From Candidatus Velthaea sp. (GTDB lineage Bacteria; Vulcanimicrobiota; Vulcanimicrobiia; Vulcanimicrobiales; Vulcanimicrobiaceae), in the NCBI GenBank assembly GCA_050012475.1, contig JBEKHC010000059.1, forward strand, positions 1 to 32,509: a stretch of DNA of 32,509 nucleotides. Reading direction: 5' to 3'. How positions within the stretch are numbered: position 1 is the stretch's first letter; each line of letters begins with the position of its first letter. Shown here piece by piece: positions 8,867-18,216 of the stretch. The notes under the pieces are model-generated. The model searched no databases, was not told the origin of the DNA, and saw only the letters and a list, made by a program, of their open reading frames with translations. The translations under genes were made by a program, and so were the position numbers.

Positions 8867-9294
8867 CCAAGCAGTTGGACGTCGCCGTGTCACGCACGAT
8901 TTCGGCCCCCCCGGAAAAGGTCTTCGATGCGTGGCTCGATCCGGAGGTCCCTGGAACTACCTGGCATGATTGCGAGCAGCTGATTTTGCAGCCAAAGGTG
9001 GACGGGCTATTCTATCACACGGTCGAGCACCGCGATCGCTTGTGGGCGCACTATGGACGCTTCATTCGCCTCGAGCGCGGGCGCAAGATCCAACACACAT
9101 GGATGTCCGAAGCAACTCACGGGCTCGAATCTATCGTCACAATCACGCTCAGACCCGCCGGCGATGGGACCGAATTCGTTCTCCGGCACACCGGCCTGCC
9201 GGACGACGAAATGGGGCGAACACATGAGACCGGATGGAACTATATCACCTCACAGCTGGCCGAGCACTTCGAAAAACGGCACGCCATATCGTAA
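8863..9294 (+). CDS. SRPBCC/AHSA1 (START-like) domain protein
   Basis: RTISAPPEKVFDAWLDP, GTEFVLRHTGL, HETGW; ATGA overlap with the ArsR gene. Confidence 0.9.
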   Translation: MTKQLDVAVSRTISAPPEKVFDAWLDPEVPGTTWHDCEQLILQPKVDGLFYHTVEHRDRLWAHYGRFIRLERGRKIQHTWMSEATHGLESIVTITLRPAGDGTEFVLRHTGLPDDEMGRTHETGWNYITSQLAEHFEKRHAIS

Positions 9295-9332
9295 TCCCGT
9301 TGACCTAGCACACAACACCGGAAGGACTCGTG

Positions 9333-9722
9333 ATGGTACAAGATGCGCCCACGTCAAGCTTCGCCTCAGCCACGTCGAAGGTCAGTGGAGTTGCTGCTAT
9401 CCACTATGCAGTGAAGGATATGCCGCGAGCCACCGCCTTTTGGAAGTCACTACTCGATATCGCTGAAACGAGCTTTGAGTTTGACGGAGCCACCGAGTGG
9501 GTTCTTCGCGATGGCTCCGCATTCGTAATTGGAACTTTCGGCGGAGAATGGGCGCAGAGTCGAGGTGCCCAATTCGAGGTTGCCGATGTTGAAGCGACCT
9601 CTGAACTCGTGAAGCAGCTCGGTGGCAGCATAATCGGTGACTTACGTGACTTCGGCGGTTGCACTATGCAATGGTGTGAAGATCCGGAGGGTAACAGTTT
9701 TACTCTTCATCACCGCAAGTAG
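9333..9722 (+). CDS. VOC (glyoxalase/bleomycin resistance) family protein
   Basis: HYAVKDMPRATAFW, FEVADVE, GG, EDPEGNSFTLH; GAAGGA RBS (start 9330 or 9333). Confidence 0.85.
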   Translation: MVQDAPTSSFASATSKVSGVAAIHYAVKDMPRATAFWKSLLDIAETSFEFDGATEWVLRDGSAFVIGTFGGEWAQSRGAQFEVADVEATSELVKQLGGSIIGDLRDFGGCTMQWCEDPEGNSFTLHHRK

Positions 9723-9866
9723 AAAAAAGGCGGCGCAGGCGCTCTCGCATGGGGCTTCAACTATAGCCGAAAAGCCACCGGTGATCGACGCCCGATTCAC
9801 ATCGCTGCAGCCCGCCGTGTCAGTGCGCTTCAGAATCTTGGCGTGGTCGTCGCACCACGCCTCAGA

Positions 9867-10610
9867 TTAAATTAGGAGGAGGCCGCCGTTAACCGGGATG
9901 GTCTGGCCGGTCATGTAAGCGTTGCCGACCACCATCAGGACCGCCTGTGCGACCTCGTCTGCCGTGCCGAAGCGTCCGAGCGGGATCCTTGCAGCGATGT
10001 CGGTCTGCTTCAGCGGCTCGGCCATCTCGGTATCGATCGGGCCAGGTGCGACGGCATTGACCGTGATCCCGTCCTTGGCGAGGCGTGCGGCATAGCCGCG
10101 AGTGAGACCTTCGAGTCCGGCCTTGGCGGCGTTGTAATGCACGCCGACGACGCCGGGGCCGCGTGCTGCCGCCGAGGAGATGTTGACGATCCGCCCCCAG
10201 CGCCGCGCGCGCATCCCGGGCAAGACGGCCTGGGTGCAAAGAAAGGCCGACTTCAGGTTCACCGTGAGGGTGCGGTCAAATTCCGCCTCATCCAGATCAT
10301 CGAGCCCCCGGATGGTTGCGGTGCCGGCATTGTTTACAAGCACATCGATCGGACCGAGCCCGCTTTCAATTTGCGCGATCATCTCGACGACCGACTGGCG
10401 TACAGACACATCGGCGGCGATGGCAGTGGCGAGCCGGCCCGTGCCGTGGATCGCTTCGACGACCTCTGCTGCCTCTTGCGCGCGCTCGCGATAATTAACG
10501 GCGACGTCTGCTCCGGCGTTGGCTAATAGCAAGGCGATTGCCCGGCCGATGCCGCGCGATCCACCGGTGACGAGCGCAACCCGATTGCGCAGATCGATGT
10601 TGCCGGCCAT
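9867..10610 (-). CDS. Short-chain dehydrogenase/reductase (FabG-like)
   Basis: TGGSRGIG, NNAG, catalytic YNAAK, VAPGPIDT. Confidence 0.93.
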   Translation of the reverse strand: MAGNIDLRNRVALVTGGSRGIGRAIALLLANAGADVAVNYRERAQEAAEVVEAIHGTGRLATAIAADVSVRQSVVEMIAQIESGLGPIDVLVNNAGTATIRGLDDLDEAEFDRTLTVNLKSAFLCTQAVLPGMRARRWGRIVNISSAAARGPGVVGVHYNAAKAGLEGLTRGYAARLAKDGITVNAVAPGPIDTEMAEPLKQTDIAARIPLGRFGTADEVAQAVLMVVGNAYMTGQTIPVNGGLLLI

Positions 10611-12415
10611 CACGTGTCACCCCGCATGTCTTCTGCAGTCGAATTCCCTTCTGACCCTTCATAGACCGCGATCGCCCTTTCCTAGCGATTGACCGACCGA
10701 GTGCGATGCCCTTGCTGTCAGCGTTGTTCACGATCGCGGTCTGAGCGAGCCACAGCGCAGCTCGACGACCCACTCGCTGCCCAGGCAGTGCCGCTCCTCG
10801 CCTGGGTCCCCCAAACCCGCTCGGGAGCAGTTTGTACTCGGGCTCCCGGAGCTCGCAGCCGACCAAGAGCAAGACCAGCACGCTGAGCGGGACCACCACC
10901 AACTGCAGCACGGGCGCGCCGGAACACGCCGGGAAATCGATCTCGTGGCTCCAGCTCTCGCACGAGTCCTAACGCTACGTTACGATGTTGCGGCAATGAC
11001 TTGGAACAAGCGATCCGATCGTTTTGTCGACCACGTCGATTCCGCCTTGAGGGTTGCCCGGTTTGTGCGCGGCCGACGGCGTGTTGGTGCAGCGTCGTCG
11101 GCACCATGCCGAACGAGTTGACCGTGGATTCGGGCGCCCAGAATCGTCTGGATGCTTTCCCAGACATCCCGGGTACGTCGAGCGAGCTGCTCGTCAACAA
11201 ATGAGCCCGTTATTTCGGTGAGAGTGAGGTTCGTGCGATCCTAAGCGAAGCTAATCCTCATAGCGATATCCATCGCGATTTGTTCGTTCGAGGCCGCAGC
11301 AAGTATCGAACGATGGCTTCTATTGAAATCTTGAAGATGTAAACGGCTTCCTGGTTGCACTCATACTTCGTCACGATCAGCAAGACTGCGAAATGCCGTT
11401 ACAGGAGCATCCAATGGTGTGACACGGCTGCGAACGACGGCTTGTTCCAGGCCGTCGACAGGGACGGATGTCCAGCTTGCGTTATCGCGCAATTACTAAC
11501 TACGTTTACAATCCGAACAAACCACGAGCTTCACGGCTTTCGGTTTGCCACAGCACGAACAGAAGAATTCTAGCGCGTTGAATACCATAACGAGCGACCT
11601 TTCGCGGGAGCAGTCAGGGCAAGAGAGTGTGGCTTAACGTGAGGCGTCGAGAGACATCTCCGTCGTGAACGAGCGACGAGAGCCATGCATCGTGTTTTTT
11701 GAACGCTCCGCGCCCGGTACCACACCTGATGACATTTGTCGTAGCCCGCTCTTCATGCGCGTGAGTATCACAACACCACATGAACGTCCGGCGAAGGTGA
11801 TAGGAAGGCGTGTTTCTCGGAAGCCGTGCCAGTCCACCATCATCACCTCGGGTTGCGTGCTCATACGAGTAGCTTGGCGGTTGAAGGCGGGAACTTGACC
11901 GGTTTAGGCCAGGTGCCAAATGCTGGCCTGCCGGCGCCAATGCAATATATCTTCACGCTACCAGAGGTTGGAAAAATCTTGTTACAACAAAGTAACGTTT
12001 GGCAGTCTCCGCCGCGCCGATCGTGTCTAGACATTCGATTGCGCTGAAACCGCGTAAGCTCACCTACTGCGTGCGAAGTAAGCCGGCGACGACCTGGAAA
12101 ACGGGTCTACGAGCGGTCAATCGATAGGGCATTTTACCGGGCGCAGATCGGAAAGGCTGCTGTTTGGGAGTAAATGCTAAACGAGATAGGCAGCAGACTT
12201 TTTTGCCACGTCCCAGGAGCCGGACCGAATGCTGCTCGGCGAGATAGAGCGCGCGCTTTGCTGCTGCTAAAGCACCGCCAATCCTCTTGGCTTATGTCGG
12301 GGTGAATCCGCTCTTTCCGAAGGGCGCCGTATCACCATAGGTGCGTCGGGCCCAGTCAGCCGTAACGAGCTGCGCTTCATTCAATGACGGCGCTAACGGA
12401 ACGTTCTTCTGCTGG

Positions 12416-13057
12416 CTAAGTCCCACAGAGCGGGACGCTGGCGGGCTCCGCTTTCTCGGCATACATTGCCGCGCCTGCCTCACGGAGGATATCCTCGGGG
12501 CGGTCAATTTTGGATTTACTGATGGCGATCCCAACATTGACCGTTGCAGGAACGTTTCGTTTATCGATGATTGCGGGTTGGCACATCAGTCTCCAAATAC
12601 GCTCGGCTGCCTCATTGACGTCGAAGATGCCATCAATTCCATTCAGCAAAATCGCAAAAGCGTCATCGCCAATCCGCGCAACGATGTCGTGGGACCGGAC
12701 GCAGAATTCAAGCCTTCGCGCGGTTATCGCGAGCAGCTTATTCGCGACGGCGTGACCGAACTCGTCGTTCACGGCGTGGAAGCCGTCGAGTGCGACGAAA
12801 AGAATGGCAAAGCGATTCGACGGCTGACGCTTCATCGAGCCGATCGCTTGTTGAACGTGTCCGTAGAACGTTCTCCGATTCGGGAGTTCCGTCAGCTCAT
12901 CGTATTGCGCGGGACCGCGTAAGTCTTGTGACGTCGCGCCCGGAGCCGTGGTGTTGCGAAAAATATTTACGACGCCTGGCAAGCCGGCAGCGCCGCTCGT
13001 GACCGCCGAATTGCCGATGTCCGACGAATGCGGCATGACAGCTCTTTGCGACCTCAC
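12416..13057 (-). CDS. Stand-alone degenerate GGDEF-domain protein
   Basis: DELTELPNR, VNDEFGH, AMY.K fold motifs; active site reads ARIGDDAF and FVALDGF. Confidence 0.85.
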   Translation of the reverse strand: MRSQRAVMPHSSDIGNSAVTSGAAGLPGVVNIFRNTTAPGATSQDLRGPAQYDELTELPNRRTFYGHVQQAIGSMKRQPSNRFAILFVALDGFHAVNDEFGHAVANKLLAITARRLEFCVRSHDIVARIGDDAFAILLNGIDGIFDVNEAAERIWRLMCQPAIIDKRNVPATVNVGIAISKSKIDRPEDILREAGAAMYAEKAEPASVPLCGT

Positions 13058-13875
13058 AATGGCACATTACGTCCGGGCCGTTCGTTTACAAACGACTGCG
13101 CTCGAACGTTCGACAGGCATCGCGCCAGATCGGCGATTCGCACGTGGTCGTCGATATATAAGCGCGTACGGTTCATAACGATCTCCGAACGTTCCCCGTC
13201 GGGATCTCCAAGCGAGGTGACGACAAGCAGCGCCTCGTCCATCGGTTCGTCTTTGGTGAAGGTGCTGGGCGTCACGATCGAGTGCAATCCTGCGGCGGTG
13301 GCCGCCTGCAATCCGATGCGGGAGTGCTCGATGACGAGGGCGTTTTCCGCTGACAATGCAAGTTGCTTGAGGGTGTAGAGGTAAATGTCTGGGGCAGGCT
13401 TTTTGCGCGGCACGACGTCGCCCGCAAACACGGCAAACGCCGTCGCCAGTTCCATGCCGACGACCGCTCGGAGCACGGAATGCACGGACCGAGAGGCCGA
13501 GGTTGAGGCAACTGCGAGTTTCCATCCCCGGCCGAGAGCCTCACGAGCGATGCGGGCAATGCCCGGGCGAGCGGGGATCTGCCCATCGGCCACCAGTGCG
13601 GTAAAGATCTGCGTCTTGCGGTGGTACCACCGGCTCACGATTTTCCGTTGGGCCTGCGGATCGGTCGGCAGCGCGGCTTCACGGAGGAAATCCGGCGTGA
13701 GCACACTGGCCAAGCGCTCCTTGCCGCCGCCGATATTTCGCTTGACGGCGTACTCGGCTTCCGTCCAGCGCAAGGGCAACTCGAATTCGGCAAAGGTCTG
13801 GTTGTAGGCCGCTAGATGTCCGTCACGCTCGGTATCCGCAAGCACCCCGTCGCAATCGAAGATCAGCGCGCTCAC
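13054..13875 (-). CDS. HAD-IA hydrolase, CbbY-like
   Basis: ALIFDCDGVLADTERDGH, GGGKER cap motif, ASTS, KKPAPDIY; motif IV reads IEHS. Confidence 0.85.
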   Translation of the reverse strand: MSALIFDCDGVLADTERDGHLAAYNQTFAEFELPLRWTEAEYAVKRNIGGGKERLASVLTPDFLREAALPTDPQAQRKIVSRWYHRKTQIFTALVADGQIPARPGIARIAREALGRGWKLAVASTSASRSVHSVLRAVVGMELATAFAVFAGDVVPRKKPAPDIYLYTLKQLALSAENALVIEHSRIGLQAATAAGLHSIVTPSTFTKDEPMDEALLVVTSLGDPDGERSEIVMNRTRLYIDDHVRIADLARCLSNVRAQSFVNERPGRNVPL

Positions 13876-14397
13876 GCCGCTTTACCATTGCTGTGGAAGC
13901 AGCGTTCGTGTCCCATGCGAGCATTGTAAGTTGAGCGTAAAGTCTATTTTATGAATTTGCGTTCTTGAAAAAATCAATCCAACTTCACTCATTTGGTTTT
14001 CTTACTGGGATCATGAACCAGGCGGCCGGTCGCAGTATTGTCCTTGCTCGTGCGCGGCTTCGTTGACTGACCGCGTTAGCGCGGCACGTCGGCCCGGGCT
14101 GAGCTCATCACGATCGCCTTGCAAGTTGGCTCTCGCAGGCATCCGCTCGCAAGTAAGCCCTTGTGACGGGGCTTCCGGCGCGGGCGCGCCACGCAGGATA
14201 CGCCTGCATGAGGCGGATCGTGAAAAACGGCGCTCCCGGGGCGTCGAACAAGCGGCGACCGGAGATTGGACCATTGCGGCGACCCCCCGATTCCGCCGGA
14301 CTGCCGTTGAACGCCAGCGCGGCGATCCACGGCCGGCGCTCGAGGAAGCTCGCCGAGCGGATTCTCAGCGAACCGCACCGTCTGCCACGCCGCCGCG

Positions 14398-14427
14398 GTC
14401 CACCGTCCACCGTCCACCGTCCACCGT
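14398..14427. repeat. Heptamer tandem repeat (GTCCACC)x4 + GT
   Basis: Four exact copies at 14398, 14405, 14412 and 14419. Confidence 0.95.
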
Positions 14428-14935
14428 TGACGTAACGCGAACTAACGCGAATTGACTGTCCGCCGGCGCGATGCGGGCCGCACGGCGCGATACGGAAACC
14501 CGGGCGTGAGATTCGGCCCGCACCAAGGTCGCGATGGCGATCCGGCGCGGCAAGGTAGCCCGCGATCGCTGCCGCTGCTGTGGGTCACGGCGCTCGGAAT
14601 CCATCGCCGCGACGAACGCGACGGCAGCATAAAACGCGAAAGAAATGCGGCTTCGCAACCGTCCATCGGCTCGCGCAGCGCATCGCAAAATACGAGCGCG
14701 AGCGCAGCGCGGTCGCGTCGAAACAGCACGTGGCCGTTCGTGACGTACGATGAGCTTGAGTAGGTATTTGCTTCCGAACGATGTTCCGTTGGCCTGCGAC
14801 GTATCGCGAAGCGCAATGCTCTCGAACGTCACAAAAGGCTAATTCACTTAAGGCGACGGCACCGAATGCAACGTGCACTTGACGACCGCGCTTGCGGTCG
14901 GCGAGCTTGCTTTGTTGTTGTATTGAGGATGTTTG

Positions 14936-16147
14936 ATGATACGATCTGCATTGGTGCAGAGATTTTGCGCCGGACTCGCCGCGGCCGCGCTGCTCTGTAG
15001 TGTGCTGCCCGCACCGTCGGGAGCGGCGGCGGAAGGCACCGTGAAAGTCGGAGTGCTGCATTCGCTGACCGGCACGATGGCCATCAGCGAAGTAACGGTG
15101 AAGAACGCGACCTTACTCGCGATCGATCAAATCAACGCCGAAGGCGGCGTGCTGGGCAAGAAGATCGAGCCCGTTGTCGAGGACGGCGCATCGGATCCGT
15201 CGATGTTCGCGCAAAAAGCCCAGAAGCTCATCCAGCAGGACGACGTCGTCACCGTCTTCGGCGGTTGGACGTCGGCAAGCCGCAAAGCCATGTTGCCGGT
15301 GTTCGAGCGCTTCAAGGGCTTGCTGTGGTATCCGGTGCAGTTCGAGGGCAATGAGTGCTCGCCCGACATCATGTATTCGGGCGCCCAGCCCAACCAGCAG
15401 ATCTTGCCCGCCCTGGATTGGGCCGAACAAAAAGGCTATAAGAGCATCTTCTTACTCGGCTCCGATTACGTCTTTCCGCGCACTGCCAACCTGATTCTCA
15501 AGAAACACATCGAGCACGACTCCGGCACGGTCGCGGGCGAAGAGTACGTCCCCCTGGGCGGCACCGATTTCAGCGCCGTGATCAACAAGATCAAAGCCGC
15601 CAATCCGCAGATCATCTTCAGCACGCTCAACGGTGACAGCAACGTCTCGTTCTTCAAGCAGATGGCGGCGGCCGGTCTGCCGTCCTCCAAGCTTCCGGTG
15701 ATGTCGTTCAGCATCGCCGAACAAGAAACGAAATCCATCGGACCATCGCTGCTGGAAGGCAGTTACGCGGCCTGGAATTATTTTCAGAGCATCAGCGGGC
15801 CGGCAAACAAGAAGTTCGTCGACGCCTACCAAGCCAAATATCCGGGCTCGCCGGTCGACGATCCGATGGCGCACGGTTATCTCGACGTTTACGCCTGGGC
15901 CGCCGCGGTGAAAAAAGCCGGTTCGTTCGACATCGAGAAAGTGCGCAAAGCCGCGTCGACGCTGCCGTTCTCGAACGTCGGCATGGGCGACACGAAGTTC
16001 GCCACGAATCAGAGTCTGGTCCAAACGGCGTACGTCGGCCAAGTTTTGCCGAGCGGCCAGTTCAAGATCCTGTGGCAGTCAAAGGGCCCGGTCGCACCGG
16101 TGCCGTACGATCCGCTGTCGTTCCCGGGCAAGACCTGCGTCCTGTAG
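14936..16147 (+). CDS. urtA: Urea ABC transporter substrate-binding protein
   Basis: Signal peptide; VGVLHSLTGTMAISE, EDGASD, FGGWTSASRK, PNQQI, GSDYVFPRT, TLNGDSN; GAGG RBS. Confidence 0.95.
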   Translation: MIRSALVQRFCAGLAAAALLCSVLPAPSGAAAEGTVKVGVLHSLTGTMAISEVTVKNATLLAIDQINAEGGVLGKKIEPVVEDGASDPSMFAQKAQKLIQQDDVVTVFGGWTSASRKAMLPVFERFKGLLWYPVQFEGNECSPDIMYSGAQPNQQILPALDWAEQKGYKSIFLLGSDYVFPRTANLILKKHIEHDSGTVAGEEYVPLGGTDFSAVINKIKAANPQIIFSTLNGDSNVSFFKQMAAAGLPSSKLPVMSFSIAEQETKSIGPSLLEGSYAAWNYFQSISGPANKKFVDAYQAKYPGSPVDDPMAHGYLDVYAWAAAVKKAGSFDIEKVRKAASTLPFSNVGMGDTKFATNQSLVQTAYVGQVLPSGQFKILWQSKGPVAPVPYDPLSFPGKTCVL

Positions 16148-17059
16148 ATGAGCGAATCGACGCTGGTTGCCGGTCAGCTCTTTAACGGGATCAGCGTCGC
16201 ATCGATCCTGCTGCTCGCCGCGCTGGGTTTGGCGCTGAGCTTCGGCCTCATGCGCGTCATCAATATGGCGCACGGCGAGATGCTCATGCTTGGCGGATAT
16301 CTAGCGTACGTTTCGACGGCCATGTTCGGCAAGGGCATCGGGTTCTTCATCGGACTGGCCGTCGCATTCGCAGGCGCGGCGCTCTTTGGCGCACTGCTGG
16401 AAGTCACGCTGATTCGGCGACTGTACGGTCGTCCGTTGGACACGCTGCTCGCGACCTGGGGCGTGAGCCTCATCCTGCAGCAGGCCGCGCGCAGCATCTT
16501 CGGCCCGGTCGGCGTCGAAGTGACGGCGCCGGCCTGGCTGAGCGGTTCGCTCTCGCTCGGCGGAACCGTGCTCACCGGCTTTGCGATTCCGGCGGTGCGC
16601 GTGTTCATCATCGTGCTGGCCGGGCTCGTGCTGGGCGGCATGGCCCTGCTGTTCGCCCGCACGCGCTTGGGGCTTCTCGTGCGCGCGGTGCATCAGAATC
16701 GCGCGATGGCCGAAGCGCTCGGCGCGAACACGCGGCTCGTCGATCTGGCCGTCTTCTCGCTGGGTACCGGGATCGCCGGACTTGCGGGCGCGGCGTTGGC
16801 GCTCATCGCGCCGGTCACGCCCACGGTCGGCACGAGCTACATCGTCTACGCGTTCCTCGTCGTCATCGTCGGCGGACTCGGCAGCCTCACCGGCACGCTG
16901 CTCGCAGCGCTGCTCGTCGGCATCTTCTCGGCCGTCACCCAAATCTTTACCAGCGTCAGCGTCGCCGACGTGCTGCTGCTGGTGTTCGTAATCGTATTCC
17001 TCCAATTTCGGCCGCGCGGAATCGTGTGGCAGCGCTCGCGCGCGCTCGAGGAGACCTAA
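16148..17059 (+). CDS. urtB: Urea ABC transporter permease
   Basis: FGLMRVINMAHGE, RPLDTLLATWG, FLQFRPRG. Confidence 0.93.
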   Translation: MSESTLVAGQLFNGISVASILLLAALGLALSFGLMRVINMAHGEMLMLGGYLAYVSTAMFGKGIGFFIGLAVAFAGAALFGALLEVTLIRRLYGRPLDTLLATWGVSLILQQAARSIFGPVGVEVTAPAWLSGSLSLGGTVLTGFAIPAVRVFIIVLAGLVLGGMALLFARTRLGLLVRAVHQNRAMAEALGANTRLVDLAVFSLGTGIAGLAGAALALIAPVTPTVGTSYIVYAFLVVIVGGLGSLTGTLLAALLVGIFSAVTQIFTSVSVADVLLLVFVIVFLQFRPRGIVWQRSRALEET

Positions 17060-18216
17060 TGACTCTGCCTGGCGTCGAATCGCCGCCGGTCGATCCAGCG
17101 CGGCAAGTGCTCGATGGCGCTCGCGCAGCGGATCCCGCGGGGCGCAGCGCTCGATCGCCGCTGTTGCGCAACCGTCAAGCGTTGGGCTACGCGCTGGTTC
17201 TGATCGCGCTTGCGACGGCGCCGCTGTATTTGGCACCATATGAACTGTCGCTCCTCGGACGCTTCCTCGCGCTGGCGATTTTGGCGCTGGGCGTCGCACT
17301 CATTTGGGGCACCGGCGGCATGCTCAGCCTGGGTCAGGGCGTGTTTTTTGCGCTCGGAGGCTACGCGCTCGCGATGCACCTCAAGCTGGCCAGCGCCGAC
17401 AGCGGCGGATTGCCCGACTTCATGCAATGGAGCGGCTTGGACAAACTCCCGTGGTGGTGGGAGCCGTTCCGTTCGCCCGGCATCGCGCTCGCCGCAGTAT
17501 TCATCTTACCTGGTCTGGCGGCGGCATTGCTCGCGTACTTCGTCTTTCGGCGCCGCGTGAGCGGCGCGTACTTCGCCATCATCACGCAAGCCCTCGCGCT
17601 GGCCGCAGCGACGTTCGTCATAAGTCAACAGCAGTACACCGGCGGCTTCAACGGTCTCACCGGTTTCGGCTCGGTGTTCGGATTCGCGCTGACCGATCCG
17701 CACACGCAGTTGGGCCTGTATTGGATCACGCTGGGCGCGCTCGCGATCGCCTTCCTCGCCACCCGGCTGCTGCTCGACTCGCGTTTCGGCACCTTGCTGC
17801 TCGCAATCCGCGACGGCGAGAACCGGGTGCGCTTCTTAGGCTTCAATCCGTTGCCGTTCAAAGTCATCGCGTTCGCCTTCGCCGGCGTGCTGGCCGGGCT
17901 GTCCGGTGCGCTCGTCACGCTCGATTTGGGCGTGATCTCGCCGGCGATGTTCGGCGTCGTGCCGTCGATCGAAATGGTGATTTGGGTCGCCGTCGGCGGC
18001 CGCGCGAGCCTCATCGGCGCGGTGCTCGGAACGCTCGTGGTCAACTTCGGCAAAGACTGGATAAGCAGCGCGTTTCCCGAGCTGTGGCTGTATGCCGTCG
18101 GAGCAGCATTCATCCTCGTCGTGACGCTGGCGCCGGCGGGCATCGTCGGTCTGATGCGGCGTTGGGCCACGCTGCCGATGCTGCGCCGCTCGCGGCCCCC
18201 GGCGCTCGTCGAATGA
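17059..18216 (+). CDS. urtC: Urea ABC transporter permease
   Basis: TAATG overlap with urtB; LSLGQGVFF, LPDFM, YFAIITQA, AIRDGENRVRFLG, SIEMVIWVAVGGR. Confidence 0.92.
   Translation: MTLPGVESPPVDPARQVLDGARAADPAGRSARSPLLRNRQALGYALVLIALATAPLYLAPYELSLLGRFLALAILALGVALIWGTGGMLSLGQGVFFALGGYALAMHLKLASADSGGLPDFMQWSGLDKLPWWWEPFRSPGIALAAVFILPGLAAALLAYFVFRRRVSGAYFAIITQALALAAATFVISQQQYTGGFNGLTGFGSVFGFALTDPHTQLGLYWITLGALAIAFLATRLLLDSRFGTLLLAIRDGENRVRFLGFNPLPFKVIAFAFAGVLAGLSGALVTLDLGVISPAMFGVVPSIEMVIWVAVGGRASLIGAVLGTLVVNFGKDWISSAFPELWLYAVGAAFILVVTLAPAGIVGLMRRWATLPMLRRSRPPALVE

Noticed and set aside
8863..11640. Integron cassette array (cassette-like genes; TAAC motifs near 10970 and 11635)
   Set aside because: No paired RYYYAAC...GTTRRRY attC hairpins after the genes and no intI in the window.
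11895..12210. c-di-GMP-I riboswitch-like words near the GGDEF gene (GGCCTAAACC; CTAAAC..GATAGGC)
   Set aside because: The P1 elements GGCAAA..GAAA..GACGCAAA are absent.
14398..14427. CRISPR array
   Set aside because: Contiguous 7-bp repeats with no spacers and no cas genes.
14011..14930. ORFs or a guanidine-type riboswitch upstream of urtA
   Set aside because: Overlapping ORFs have no recognisable motifs or RBS, and I could not match a riboswitch consensus by eye.
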